From Amphiscolops sp. MND2022 (taxonomy: Eukaryota), in NCBI GenBank assembly GCA_964187785.1, contig OZ076409.1:8744001-8808000 (forward strand): DNA of 64,000 bases. Direction: 5' to 3'. Position 1 is the stretch's first letter. Each line of letters opens with the position of its first letter. The translations under genes were made by a program, and so were the position numbers. This document shows, piece by piece, positions 48,389 through 61,875 of this stretch. The notes under the pieces were generated by a model. That model saw nothing but the letters and a program-made list of their open reading frames with translations, made no database searches and was not told the origin of the DNA.

Positions 48389-48544
48389 GATTCGATAGCA
48401 AAGAAGAAGAAGAAGAGAAAAGTGAAGCTGAAGAAGAGCAGTAGCTCTGGGGTGGAGAATGAGTCATTGGCGACAGAAAACGAGATGGGGGGTAAAAGGG
48501 ACTCCATAGTACCTCCTCTCGACATTCCATCCTCCAGTGACAAG
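48389..48544 (+). CDS. Host gene coding exon 5 (Lys-rich)
   Basis: GTCAG| ... AAG|GTTGGT. DSIAKKKKKRKVKLKK...; 156 nt, phase 0-0. Confidence 0.75.
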
Positions 48545-48565
48545 GTTGGTTCATTTCATCTTCAG

Positions 48566-49039
48566 GGGAGCGGGACAAAACAGCCAATTTTAAACGGGAC
48601 AGAACAGCCGATTTTCAAAATAGGACAAAACAGCCGATTTTAAAACAGTACAAAATCGCCGATTGGTAAAAATAAAAATCGCTGATTTTGTCAATGCGTA
48701 AGATTAGCAGTCAATAAAATTATTATTATAACGTAGTCAGCTATGTTCACATACCCCTAGCGCCGTAAATGCAGGAGCGAAGCGAAGCGGAGCGACGTGC
48801 CACATGGCCATGCCTCAATGTTGCTACTTGGCGAAGGGAGCGAAGCGACCGAGCCATACAACAAATGAGCTAATCTCTTCAAATAAATCAAGTTCCATGT
48901 ATATTGGCTGTACAGCACTCATTTTGTTCCGTTTTGAAAATCGGCTGTTTTGTCCCGTTTTGAAAATCGGCTGTTTTGTCTCGTTTTGAAAGTCGGCTGT
49001 TTTGTCTCGTTTTAAAATCGGCTGTTTTGTCCCGCATCC
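48566..49039. mobile_element. MULE-like MITE with tandem subterminal repeats and a nested insert
   Basis: GCGGGACAAAACAGCC arrays and inverted GGCTGTTTTGTCCCGC. ~9-bp TSD CATCTT(C/T)AG. Confidence 0.8.
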
Positions 49040-50129
49040 CATCTTTAGGACCATGTCATCTATCCCCCCTAAACTGCTGCGTGGGAAATAAAACAGAAGT
49101 TTCAAATACCATTATGTCGACATCGCTTGCGCTGAAATTTTGGTCCAATAAAATAATTGATGTCGACATAATCCTATCAATTACATTGACTGTCAGGTAA
49201 AAGTTGCTTATTAGATTTTATAGCGGACAAAACTTGCGCTGAAATAGGGGACTTTTTATACGATTTTAGCTTGTTTCAAACGTGAATCCTCTAAGTATAT
49301 ACATCCATATAATATTCTCTTATTAGTGAAATATTTTTATTCAAGAACAAAATGTGCTTTCGTGTTTGTGGTTTGTTGAAATTCCCAACAAGATGTACCT
49401 GGGGGGTAGATGACATGGTTCTTCATCTTTATTGTAAATCTTGCCTAGACATCGAAAGTGACAAATTTTGCGAAAAATACTGAGCTGGCTATGGCTAGCT
49501 AATCTAATTAATGATCGAATCATGAAACCAAAACCATGCGGTCAATTTTTATGCTTTGAAAAGTTTGAAAAAGTCCAGAAAAAAGTCTAAGTTATACGCA
49601 TCGATTACACTTTGCGTCATAGTTCTCCGAAATAACTTGGGGTATCTTATTATCTAGCAAAACACCCAAAAACACCGATGGCAACTAAAATTTTCCAAAT
49701 TGACAACATCGGAGGTTTTCCTCTGCCTCTCTGGTTAGTCTGTGAATTTTGTAGAAAAAAAATTCCCGACGGTTAAAAAAGCTCATTTTTAGTCGGCTCA
49801 TTTACTCAAGACTATAATCGTCAGACCATTGCAGTCATTAGTTTTTTCTTATGACAAACACGAAAACTGATAGGACAGCCGATATAAAAAGTTTTTGTCC
49901 TATTTTGTTTTGCCGACTTCGAGCTATTCTCGACTTGTTACTTTTTTCGCTAGATGACAGAATATATCTGAATGAACCACAGAGTTTGGCATCGGTACAA
50001 CTTTCGACAGATTGTGACATCTCTCGGAATTTTTTTCATCATTGTAACAAAGGGAAGACTTAGAATATAAAACAGAAATCTGAAATGGCAAAACATTCCA
50101 TGGAAAGTTCAACAATATATTTTTTTCAG

Positions 50130-50205
50130 AATGGTAGTCTGCCGTCCGCAGAGAATCAAAACAAAACGTCATCAGACCAACATCAAACAACAACGCTTCA
50201 AAATG
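50130..50205 (+). CDS. Host gene coding exon 6
   Basis: TTTTTTCAG| ... G|GTACGT. NGSLPSAENQNKTSSDQHQTTTLQN; phase 0 in, 1 out. Confidence 0.7.
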
Positions 50206-50480
50206 GTACGTGTTAGTTCCAGTCTAAATATTCATTTTTCAATTGGCTTTGCTTTTTTTAGTCGAAAAAATGGAAGAGCCTCAGAAAGTGTAGTTTTTTC
50301 TCCATTTTGAGCTGTTCCTGGCGTGTTTCTTCACAGTTGAATTGAATGCTTGGGGAGAATGACGAATGAGTTGCCTATTATCTAAAACATGGGATAATTT
50401 TTTGTAGGAAGAATAGAAAAAAATCACTAATGATAAGTACAAAAGAATCTGTGAAAAATTGTTGAGTTTTCGTTGTTCAG

Positions 50481-50582
50481 GTGCAATTCTTTCGTCCACG
50501 AATCTTGACGACAATCCACGGTTGGACCCCAGAAACGGGTCGGCTCATCACGACTCTACATATGGAAGCGGAGACGAAACTG
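50481..50582 (+). CDS. Host gene coding exon 7
   Basis: TTGTTCAG| ... G|GTTTGT. GAILSSTNLDDNPRLDPRNGSAHHDSTYGSGDET; phase 1-1. Confidence 0.72.
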
Positions 50583-51521
50583 GTTTGTGTTACACTCGAA
50601 AAATCGGGCTCTTTTTCCTTTTCCCCACACTTTTTAAAGAAAACAAACTCAACATAAAGGATTATATTTGACTATATCATTCAATATTTCTTCGAAAAGT
50701 CTTTTCCTTTGTTTTGTTGTCTCCACACTATTAGAGTAGTTTTCCGCTTGAACAAAACATTGTTCACGCATTTTGACTATTATTATGTTCGTATTGAGTG
50801 TTTATTGCTGACTCAAAACAGGAAGCTGTTGATTTCTTCATCAAAAATGCGTAACTACATAGGGAAAAAGTGTGAACAAAGTTTGTATCTGAATGCTAAA
50901 CTATCACCCTGAGAATAAATTTAAAACTGAACTGTTTCATAGGAAACGCAATTGAGATATAATTAATTGCAAAAACATCATCTTGAAAAGTGTGTGTGTG
51001 GGGGGGGGAGGAAAAAGTTCCAAAAATCGAATGATACGTCACTGTCAAAAAAGCCTTGAAACTACCTCGAACATTTTATGTGGTTTTCAAAGTTGCCAAT
51101 TTTCAGTATGAGTTTTTAAAACTCCTTAGGAAACTTTCATGCGATAATATTTCTCTGTTTCATTCGAAATGCTTGAAAAAAAACATTCTTGAAAGATATC
51201 AAGCTACTTGAAAGAAACATCCTAAATTTGGCATGTTCGAATAAGAAGCTGATCTATTCATGAAAACTGCTAAGTTGTTATCTTCTATATCACCATTTTC
51301 TCGACTAGGTAACACTTTTCTCGTAATAGCTCTTCGAAATCAGCTTGTAAAAGAAGTACAATTTTTTATGTCAAGTTTTTTATGTCAATGTTTCTCATTT
51401 CTCAGCGGACGATAAAAAGTTTTCATAAAACAACTAACCCTAAACTCAAGTTTGTGACATGAGGTTACATTTTATCACGCGGGGTTGGTTAAAAAACGTT
51501 CAAAAGTCCTATTATACGTTT

Positions 51522-54500
51522 AAAACGTTTCAAAGTTCGAGAGCTGAAAACTCAGTTCACTTCATTGTCACTAAAACTACTCAGAAAATGAAGCTGAATT
51601 CAGCGAGCGCATACAAAAAAGGGCAGTTCACGGACTTTCCCATTCAGTCTATTCCGAATTTCAGAATGTACGTGACCCATTGAAGAATAGAGAAATTGAG
51701 AATTGTTGATAAACAACTGTTGCCATTTTGAGTTTGTATTTACCTACAAACATTTAGTTCGATAACTAAAGTTTGACCTCATTAGAGTACGTTTCGATCT
51801 AGAGAAAACATTGTTATTTTTACATACGTTTTGAATTGAGATATTCTCAGAGAATACAATATGGCGCAGTCAGCATTCTGAAATATCAGAAGAAAACTAC
51901 AATACAATGGAAGACGAACCAAATAATTCCATGGGAGAAACGAGCAGCCGCTCGCTACCGAACAATACCACTGCACGATCGGTTGAACGGACGACTACCC
52001 AGAAGTTACCCATACCGATCTTGGAAAAAAATGACCACACCAGTGCAAAGCTCTGGTGGAGGAAATTTACCCAATATATAAAAATGACTTGCGAATTGGA
52101 CCTATCAAAGATGACAAACTCCAAAGAAGTATTGCCACAATATAGGGACCAATTAGAAGAGGAAATAAAAGATGTCTTCATCTGGGCAATCGGACAGTCA
52201 GCACTAACAGAAATGACAAAGACGGTAAGAGAAAGAGAACCAACCTCTTTACCATTGTATCGTCTATATGCACTGTTCAGATTACATTTTATACCCGAAC
52301 GGAACAAACACCATAGCAGGGCCGACTTCTTTAATTTAAAAAGAGAACCAGGAGAATCGGCAGCCGAAACCTGGAAACGAATCCTGGAAATAGAAAAAAA
52401 TTGCGAATTCGAAGAAATAACAGCAGCAGAATTATTGGCCTCAAAATTCCTCTCAGTCATTGGAAAAACAACTGGAGACAACGATCTAAAAAAGAAAATC
52501 AAAAAAGGAGATATGTCGGTGGAAGCCATTACCGACACAATCCACGAATACATGTACGAAAAAATGAACGAATCACGAGACTCAGAAGAAGAAACAAAAA
52601 TTAAACACGTAGAGAGAAAAAGAAACTACCAAAAATCGGAAAAAGAGAAACCGAACAAATTCAGAAAAGTTGACTGTATTAGATGCGGCGCACCAAACTG
52701 GAACAAATCACACGACTGCCCGGCAAAAACAAAGAAATGCCTAAACTGTGGAAAAATCGGTCACTACGCGAAACTGTGTAGAACTAAACAAAAGACAGAC
52801 CGAAGAATAAAACACATCCAACCGGAATCGGAAGCATCCAGCGCAGAAGAAGATGAATGGTCACCAAACAGAATACACCTCATCACAAGAATGGTCCATT
52901 CAACAAAACAAAACACCAAAGACGGACAACCATTCTTCACCATGACGGCATTGGTTAATAACCGACCAATCAAATTCATAATTGATAGCGGATCACCGGT
53001 CACACTGGTACCAAAACAATTATTCAACCATATAACACCTATACATCCTCTACACACGGAGTACAGAGACATCAACAACAATAAAATAAAGTTCGAAGGA
53101 AAAACAACGGCAAAAGTAGAGATCAACGGAGAAACAAAAAACCTGGAATTACTAATAACAACAAAAAGAACAAACCCACTTCTTGGACTGGACTGGATGA
53201 ATCAATTGGGAATCAAATTGAATACAGAAAAGTCTAACCTGAAAATACAAAATATCCAAGAAAATCCGGACGTAACTGAGTTGAAGAAAAAATTCAATAA
53301 CCTGTTCCACGAAAATAAAACAATAAAGGGAATAGAGGTAGATATTCAACTAAAACCGGATGCAAAACTGATACAACAGAAAAAAACGTTTCAAAGTTTG
53401 AGAGCTGAAAACTCAGTTCACTTCATTGTCACTAAAACTACTCAGAAAATGAAGCTGAATTCAGCGAGCGCATACAAAAAAGGGCAGTTCACGGACTTTC
53501 CCATTCAGTCTATTCCGAATTTCAGAATGTACGTGACCCATTGAAGAATAGAGAAATTGAGAATTGTTGATAAACAACTGTTGCCATTTTGAGTTTGTAT
53601 TTACCTACAAACATTTAGTTCGATAACTAAAGTTTGACCTCATTAGAGTACGATTCGATCTAGAGAAAACATTGTTATTTTTACATACGTTTTGAATTGA
53701 GATATTCTCAGAGAATACAATATGGCGCAGTCAGCATTCTGAAATATCAGAAGAAAACTACAATACAATGGAAGACGAACCAAATAATTCCATGGGAGAA
53801 ACGAGCAGCCGCTCGCTACCGAACAATACCACTGCACGATCGGTTGAACGGACGACTACCCAGAAGTTACCCATACCGATCTTGGAAAAAAATGACCACA
53901 CCAGTGCAAAGCTCTGGTGGAGGAAATTTACCCAATATATAAAAATGACTTGCGAATTGGACCTATCAAAGATGACAAACTCCAAAGAAGTATTGCCACA
54001 ATATAGGGACCAATTAGAAGAGGAAATAAAAGATGTCTTCATCTGGGCAATCGGACAGTCAGCACTAACAGAAATGACAAAGACGGTAAGAGAAAGAGAA
54101 CCAACCTCTTTACCATTGTATCGTCTATATGCACTGTTCAGATTACATTTTATACCCGAACGGAACAAACACCATAGCAGGGCCGACTTCTTTAATTTAA
54201 AAAGAGAACCAGGAGAATCGGCAGCCGAAACCTGGAAACGAATCCTGGAAATAGAAAAAAATTGCGAATTCGAAGAAATAACAGCAGCAGAATTATTGGC
54301 CTCAAAATTCCTCTCAGTCATTGGAAAAACAACTGGAGACAACGATCTAAAAAAGAAAATCAAAAAAGGAGATATGTCGGTGGAAGCCATTACCGACACA
54401 ATCCACGAATACATGTACGAAAAAATGAACGAATCACGAGACTCAGAAGAAGAAACAAAAATTAAACACGTAGAGAGAAAAAGAAACTACCAAAAATCGG

Positions 54501-55243
54501 AAAAAGAGAAACCGAACAAATTCAGAAAAGTTGACTGTATTAGATGCGGCGCACCAAACTGGAACAAATCACACGACTGCCCGGCAAAAACAAAGAAATG
54601 CCTAAACTGTGGAAAAATCGGTCACTACGCGAAACTGTGTAGAACTAAACAAAAGACAGACCGAAGAATAAAACACATCCAACCGGAATCGGAAGCATCC
54701 AGCGCAGAAGAAGATGAATGGTCACCAAACAGAATACACCTCATCACAAGAATGGTCCATTCAACAAAACAAAACACCAAAGACGGACAACCATTCTTCA
54801 CCATGACGGCATTGGTTAATAATCGACCAATCAAATTCATAATTGATAGCGGATCACCGGTCACACTGGTACCAAAACAATTATTCAACCATATAACACC
54901 TATACATCCTCTACACACGGAGTACAGAGACATCAACAACAATAAAATAAAGTTCGAAGGAAAAACAACGGCAAAAGTAGAGATCAACGGAGAAACAAAA
55001 AACCTGGAATTACTAATAACAACAAAAAGAACAAACCCACTTCTTGGACTGGACTGGATGAATCAATTGGGAATCAAATTGAATACAGAAAAGTCTAACC
55101 TGAAAATACAAAATATCCAAGAAAATCCGGACGTAACTGAGTTGAAGAAAAAATTCAATAACCTGTTCCACGAAAATAAAACAATAAAGGGAATAGAGGT
55201 AGATATTCAACTAAAACCGGATGCAAAACTGATACAACAGAAA
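51522..55243 (+). repeat. 1861-bp tandem duplication (flank + LTR + gag + protease), copies at ~51522-53382 and ~53383-55243
   Basis: Identical ORF sets offset by exactly 1861 nt. Junction lies in an A-run at ~53380-53386. Confidence 0.95.
51907..53544 (+). pseudogene. Truncated duplicate gag-protease ORF
   Basis: Identical to the 53768 ORF up to KLIQQK, then reads into duplicated flank. Confidence 0.9.
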
Positions 55244-58200
55244 GGCCGACCAATACCGATACACTTACAACCAGCGGTCGGTAAAGAAATAGAAAAATTG
55301 AAGAAAAACGGGCACATAGAAAGAGCAACCGACATAGATGAAAACTGCTTTGTAAGCCCAGCAGTAATCACCGTTAAGAAAGATAAAACGGTCAAAATCG
55401 CTCTAGACTCACGGAAATTAAACGAAATAACCGTGAAAAGAAAGGCACAAATGCCGAATATGGAGGAGTTGATATCTCGAATATCAAGAAAAATAGCAGA
55501 CGGAGAAACTGATATAATCTGGATATCAAAACTGGACCTGGATTACGCCTATGGCCAATTGCAGCTATCAAAATTAGCAAAGGATCTGTGTATATTCGCA
55601 ATAACCGGAGGCAACTTCACCGGATATTACAGATTCCTAAAGGGTTTCTACGGATTGGCGGACATCCCGACCATTTTTCAAGAAAAGATCGACCAAACAC
55701 TGGAGAACAAACACCCGGCGTGGCTAGATGACATATTAATCGTCACAAAAGGGACAAAAGAACAACATAAACGTGAGTTAACTGAAGTATTAACTAAACT
55801 AGAAAACGCAGGTTTCAGACTCAGTGAAAACAAATCAGAATTTTTCAAATCTGAAATAGAATGGGTGGGTCATAAAATTGATCAAAACGGTATTAGACCG
55901 TTACAAGATAAACTAAAAGCAATACAACAACTGAAAGAACCAAAAAACGAAAAGGAATTAAAATCCTTTTTAGGCGCGATTCAGTATTTGTCAAAATACA
56001 TTGAAAATTTGTCAGCACAAACGGACCTACTGAGACAGCTACTGAAAAAGAAAAACAATTGGAACTGGACAACGGAACATTCCGAAGCATTTACCCAGTT
56101 AAAACGCAAAATCACGGAAATACCGTGTCTTGCCCACTATAGCTCCATTCGACCGAACACCATAACAACAGACGCCAGTACAAAAGGCCTAGGTGCAACT
56201 CTTTGGCAAGAACAAGAAAATGGAGATTTAAAACCGATAGCATTCGCAAGTAGATTTCTATCGGACACGGAAAAAAAAATTCGCAATAAACGAGCTGGAA
56301 TTATTAGCGGTTGTTTGGGGTTTAGAACACTTCCGCCTTTACATCTACGGAAAACCCGTCAAACTCCTGACGGACCACCAAGCCCTTGAACCGTTAATAA
56401 AACGCAACCGTTCTAACAAAACATATAGTGCGCGGCTAACACGCTGGTTGGACCGATTAGCACACTTTACGATAAATGTAAACCATATCGCCGGAAAACA
56501 TCTAGCGCTTACCGATTACTTGAGTAGAAATCCAATCGCACCGGCGCAAAGCGATGACGTATACGAAGAAGAATACGTCATTAACAGCATAGCACCGCAC
56601 TACGGATTCATTTCTAAACTCGGTTGCCTTAGCAACCATTTCAACCAATCACAATCGGCGAATAGCATAGCAAACTCGACAAAAGCAAACAAACACCGGT
56701 CATCGAACAACACGCGTGAACAAACCGCCATTCATAGCCTCATTAACACTCCAAACAGTAAAGCAAATTCACCGATAATGGACGCCAAAACTATTGACAA
56801 TCTTGAAAGAATCGATTCGTCCCAAGAAACCATTAATTTAATTGAACGATGGCGAAACATCGTAAAGCCGGGAATCTACCGACTATCAAACGGCAAATGG
56901 AAGAAATACCATGAGCCAAAATTCCTCCGCGGAGAGAGAAAAATAATTGAAGAATGACTTACCGAAATTATAAATCGACTGGAAAGCCCTGCCATAGAAG
57001 TTACAAACCCGCAAAATCAGACGAACTACTTCCCGGACTGGCAATTCAAAGAAACCAGAAATTTACAAGGCGGATTTATCCCACAGGATTACCAGAGCAC
57101 ATCACAAGAACATCCGACAACAAGCCAAACACCGGACGAGACACCGATGGAGGAGGGAGAGATTTCCAGTGACTCGGAAATGGCACCGTCGGTACTGGAA
57201 GTACCCACAATCAATTGGGCGAACTACCTCGGAGTAAAAAGCGTCCAATATATTAAAATGGGACACGCCCCGAGGATACAAGCTCTGGAACCAAATAACT
57301 GGGACCACGAAAACACCGTCAGGGAGACCGAAAAAGAATTTGCCACGGATCTCCAATTATTAATGACGGAGACAACAAACGACCCGAAATTGTTGAAAAC
57401 CCTCGTGTGCCTGGAAAGAAAGCAGTACGATAACATTCCAGAGGAGTACAACCAATACAAACGAAAACTATCCACGAGATACGGACTGGTATTCTTTGAA
57501 GAAAGAATAATTGTCCCCACAAATTTGCGAACAACGGTCGTCACACTGCTTCACAAAGGCCATCCCGCCATCAACAAGATGACAATGGCGACAAAACACT
57601 TCTGGTGGCCGAAACTATCCGAAGCAATACAAAGAAAGTGCGACAGCTGTATACCGTGCAAACTTTCCGGTAAGAATCTGAAACCAAATATACCTAAAAC
57701 GGAACAAAACTGTTTACCACCATTAAGCGCACCAAACGAAGAAATCCAATTGGATTTCATTGGACCAATCACGGAAGAGAACCGAAAATTTTATATCTTA
57801 CTCTCCATGGACCGGTTTAGCAAATGCCCGGCAGCCAGTCTTTGCAAATCAACAGACGGAAAAACGGCGGTAACTTTTCTTCAACAATACATCCAATTAA
57901 ACGGAATACCTAAAACGATTAGAACCGATAAAGCGTCAGCGTTCACAGGTCACTGTTTCAGAGAATTCTGTAAAAAGAATTTCATCTCACTGATATACGG
58001 GACACCGTATATACATACTCCCACTGGCCTAGTGGAACGGGGGGTGAGAATACTAAAAGAAAACTTACTAACCAACATAAAAGCGGGTGAACCGTTCGGA
58101 AAAGCACTCGATCTGGCTTTAGGAGTAATGCGGACAACCCCACACACTAGACTTAGAAAATCAGCATTTGAATTACACTTCGGTAGAGAACCAAACACGG

Positions 58201-59339
58201 AGCTGAGTAATATGCTAAAATTGAAAGAAATTAAAAAGTTAACAAATAACCATTCCGTTTTAGCAAAACCAGAAACCCTACAGGTTTACACGTTCAGTGG
58301 AGAAGGCGGTAGTTCCGACCATCTACCCATGAAACAAAAGAGAAAGTCAACCAAAACGGTTAGTAAATACCCGTTTCAATTCTTTGAACGGAAAAACACA
58401 AAATCAAAATTTGAAAGTCCCTATTCCGATCAATTACAAACAGCGGTTAAGGGAACTAACCATACCATAACTACAGCTGAAAATAAAATTATTCACCGAA
58501 AACTGATTAGTAAACCAATTACACCATTTGAACAGGAAAACTCCAACAGAGGAACCGGACCAAGAGGACCGGACGGAAGATTTGCCCGCAAAGAAGACAA
58601 GCCACCAACAACTCCAGAGCTATCCCAATCACAAGAAGAGCAATTGGACACTAGCCCGGAAACACCGAACATCCGAAAAAGTGGAACATTCGGTAGAGGA
58701 AAACCAAGGTTCATCAGAAACCGGGAAACATCAACCTCACCCGAAAAACAACCGGGAAGAAACAATAACAAACCAATGGGACCACTCACAATTAACGCAG
58801 AACAAATGTCGGAATCCGACATAGATCAGGTCATCAAGGACACTCAGCAGTCAGGACAAGACCTACACATGAAAGACATAAACGGTAAGGTATTTAATAC
58901 TATAGACTCAGATCTAGAATTAGCAAGTAATCTTAGCTCTAGTACTGAAATAGATAAAGAGCTAGAAAACACACAAGAAGCTAACCTACGCCGGTCAAAA
59001 CGTCTGACGAAAACAAATCCAATCATTAGATTAAATAATCCAGTTAATCAATCTGATTACAGGAAACACCGCAAAACGACTAAACCTGTCACCACTACTG
59101 GAGACAACAGAAGAAATGCTCGAGCGGGAAGACATGGACAACCAGTAGACCGTTCACAACCACAAATGTTCCAGTCAACGGAAAGCAACCATGCCAATCA
59201 CGGACATCCGGATCCTAAACCAAGACGTGGACGGCATACCGACCACAACACCAATCTGGACGGCAACGGAAATCAAACGGATAATTCCCATCCAATTACA
59301 GAGGGGGAAATGAAGAATAGAGAAATTGAGAATTGTTGA
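53768..59339 (+). CDS. Gypsy gag-pol polyprotein (one +1 frameshift in the A9 run 56271-56279, one in-frame TGA at 56955)
   Basis: CCHC CLNCGKIGHYAKLC. Protease IDSGS. RT LDLDYAYGQ, FYGL, WLDD. RNase H TDAS, NELE, TDH. Integrase HKGH..CDSCIPC, LDFIG, RTDKA, GLVER. Order PR-RT-RH-IN. Confidence 0.93.
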
Positions 59340-60073
59340 TAAACAACTGTTGCCATTTTGAGTTTGTATTTACCTACAAACATTTAGTTCGATAACTAAA
59401 GTTTGACCTCATTAGAGTACGTTTCGATCTAGAGAAAACATTGTTATTTTTACATACGTTTTGAATTGAGATATTCTCAGAGAATACAATACCCATGAAT
59501 GAAAAAAAACCCTCTCCAGAATTGAAAAAACACAATGAGATAAAGAATTCTGTTGAACTGAAAGAAGGTCTGCGAAAATGAAAAGAAACGATAGCTGGTT
59601 CAAAACACCCCTGGAAAATGACATTGTCTTAGAACCAGGGCTGGCTTTTTAACACATATTGGGCTATTTTTAACGTTAAAAACGTTCAAAAAAAAACGTT
59701 GAAAAACATTAAAAATTAGATACTTTCAGAAAAATGAATTGATTCAAAACTGAATTATAATTGACAAAAACTTAGGACTGTTTCCCTTTCGAGCGCAAAG
59801 CCCGCATTTCAAGTCCTGCAGATGAAGGCGGTAATGATAAAATTCGAATAGCCAGCAAATCGAACTACCCATATCTCTAAACTTGCCCTTACTTCGACGA
59901 TTTCCAACAAATTTTCAGCAGTATGTGACAAAAAATAGCTCAATATATCAACATTTTTTACCACCAGTGTAAAAAAATCCGTTTTAAAAACATGTTGAAA
60001 ACACTTGTTAATTAACACCCGTTTTTTACAAGCCAAGACCGCTGTTATCAGTTATTTATCACATTCTTGTCAC

Positions 60074-60520
60074 TATGGCAACCAAAAAGGGCAAAAGGGG
60101 CAGAAATACGGGTTAGGGGCAAAAATTTTAATTAACGACAAAAAGGGCAAAATACATCGGATCTTGTACTTTTTCGTATATAATCACCTCTTTTCAGTGC
60201 AGAGAGCGTTGGTAAGCCGACAGTGCTTGCGCAAATAAGAACATCTCTCGGGTTGTCGGCAGACGTGGAGCGAACATTTAGCAAACTCAACAATATGCTA
60301 GCCAAGGACCATAATTTTGATGTTACAAACATCGAGAATTGCATTTGCATTTATTGTAACATTTCATTTTAATAAACGAATTTGACTTTTTTGTTAAATC
60401 CTCGTTTTCAAACGCGTGCCGATAAAGGGCAATTAAGGGGCAAATTTTAAAATAAAGGGCGGCAAATAAACTTTAAGGGCAAATTTTTTTTTAAATAAAG
60501 GACAAATCGCGGTTGCCCTA
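60074..60520 (+). mobile_element. Non-autonomous hAT element (relative of 3302-4245)
   Basis: TATGGCAACC ... GGTTGCCCTA. Interior encodes SADVERTFSKLNNML (hAT dimerisation motif). Degenerate 8-bp TSD CTTGTCAC/GTTATCAC. Confidence 0.8.
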
Positions 60521-60625
60521 GTTATCACTTTGTTATCGTTATCACATTGTTTTCACATTGTTATCACATTGTTTTCACATTGTTATCACATTGTTATCAC
60601 ATTGCTATCACATTGTGTTATCACT
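60521..60625. repeat. 11-bp minisatellite (TTATCACATTG)
   Basis: About 8-9 imperfect copies directly upstream of the last exon acceptor. Confidence 0.85.
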
Positions 60626-60633
60626 TGTTTCAG

Positions 60634-60800
60634 GGGTGGATACTCAAGCGAGAGTGATTGACCCTTTGCGCAGGTTTTCGAAAGGAAGGAAAGGGAAAAG
60701 CGGAGGCTCCAAGAAAGGGGGGATAGATGCTGATGACGAATTCTACAGTGGCGAAGAAGATGTCAATCCCATCGATGCCACCAACTTTTTCGACGACTAG
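60634..60800 (+). CDS. Host gene terminal coding exon 8
   Basis: TTGTTTCAG|, phase 1. GVDTQARVIDPLRR...DATNFFDD*. AATAAA at 60877-60882. The 8 exons sum to 999 nt with no internal stop. Confidence 0.78.
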
Positions 60801-61875
60801 ATCAAAAATATTTCCGCCGTGTTTAATGTACGAGAAACATAAATTCACGATGCAATGTATCTGACAAACATATTGCAATAAAAATTCATCACGAATCAGT
60901 TTTTTAAAACTTTGTACAAGGAAAATTCAACCTTGCATTGAACAGTGTAGGATTCCACTAGTTGAACTTGTTAGGAAGTTTTACATGTTCATTAAAGTAG
61001 CCAAGCACTTTTAGAATGACTTTTGGAGTTTCATAAAGAATCATTCAAAAAAATTTCCCTGATGCAATGATATTTTTCTTCAGGTATTTATTAGAATTTC
61101 TACACAATTTGGCGGGTTTTAGGAGCAACATCAAGGAAATTAAAGAAAACACTCCCAAGAAATTTTGCATGTTTTCGCGGGCAAAACCTCAACTTTTGGG
61201 CAAAACATGACGTAAACAATTCGTATAACTGAAATTTATTTCCGGGTAAAAAATATATATTTTTTTCTGCACACAAAAGTGGATCCACTTAAATTGACTA
61301 TGCTTCGTAAATTACTTCGAAAAAATGTTATCATGTCTTTGGAATCTGTAGGAAAACTGAGTTCTTTTCATGTTACTAAATTACGAAAAGCATGAAAGAT
61401 GATCCGAAAAATTGATCTCAGTTTGAAACAAAACAGGAATAGCGGCATCGCGCGACAGTTATTCATTTGCAGTGAACAGTTTTTACGAATTACATTCTTG
61501 GCGCTGAAGTTCGGAATTTTTTTATTCTTAGCTTTCGCAAAAGAAAACCATGGCAAGCCCACACTCTTGTTCACAAGAAAATTATGAATTACAGGCTGTT
61601 TTTTTAACAGAGTTTCCAGATTTAGAATCTTTGAAAGAGTGTTTCATTATGCGTAATTTGTAGAAATCGGGTGTAAGGAATCATTGAACAATTTTCATTT
61701 AGTGTCACTTCCATTCCATCCGAATTTTGCAACTCGAAATATTTTTATATTTCGAAGTATGGGTTTTAAACTTGATTTTATGACGGTGGTAAGAAATCCG
61801 GCGCTGGCATGGTTCGAAATCCCAACCTAGTGCTTGGAAGTGCATTAAACTAAGCATCTGGGCCAACCTGATGAA

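Larger units (their letters stand above)
51681..59491 (+). mobile_element. Ty3/Gypsy LTR retrotransposon, recent, in the last intron of the host gene
   Basis: 181-bp LTRs at 51681-51861, 53542-53722 (duplicate) and 59311-59491. TSD CCCAT. PBS TGGCGCAGTCAG. PPT AGAGGGGGAAA at 59300-59310. Confidence 0.95.

Noticed and set aside
51897..52553. 218-aa antisense ORF (and duplicate at 53758-54414)
   Set aside because: Shadow of the A-rich gag frame; no independent evidence.
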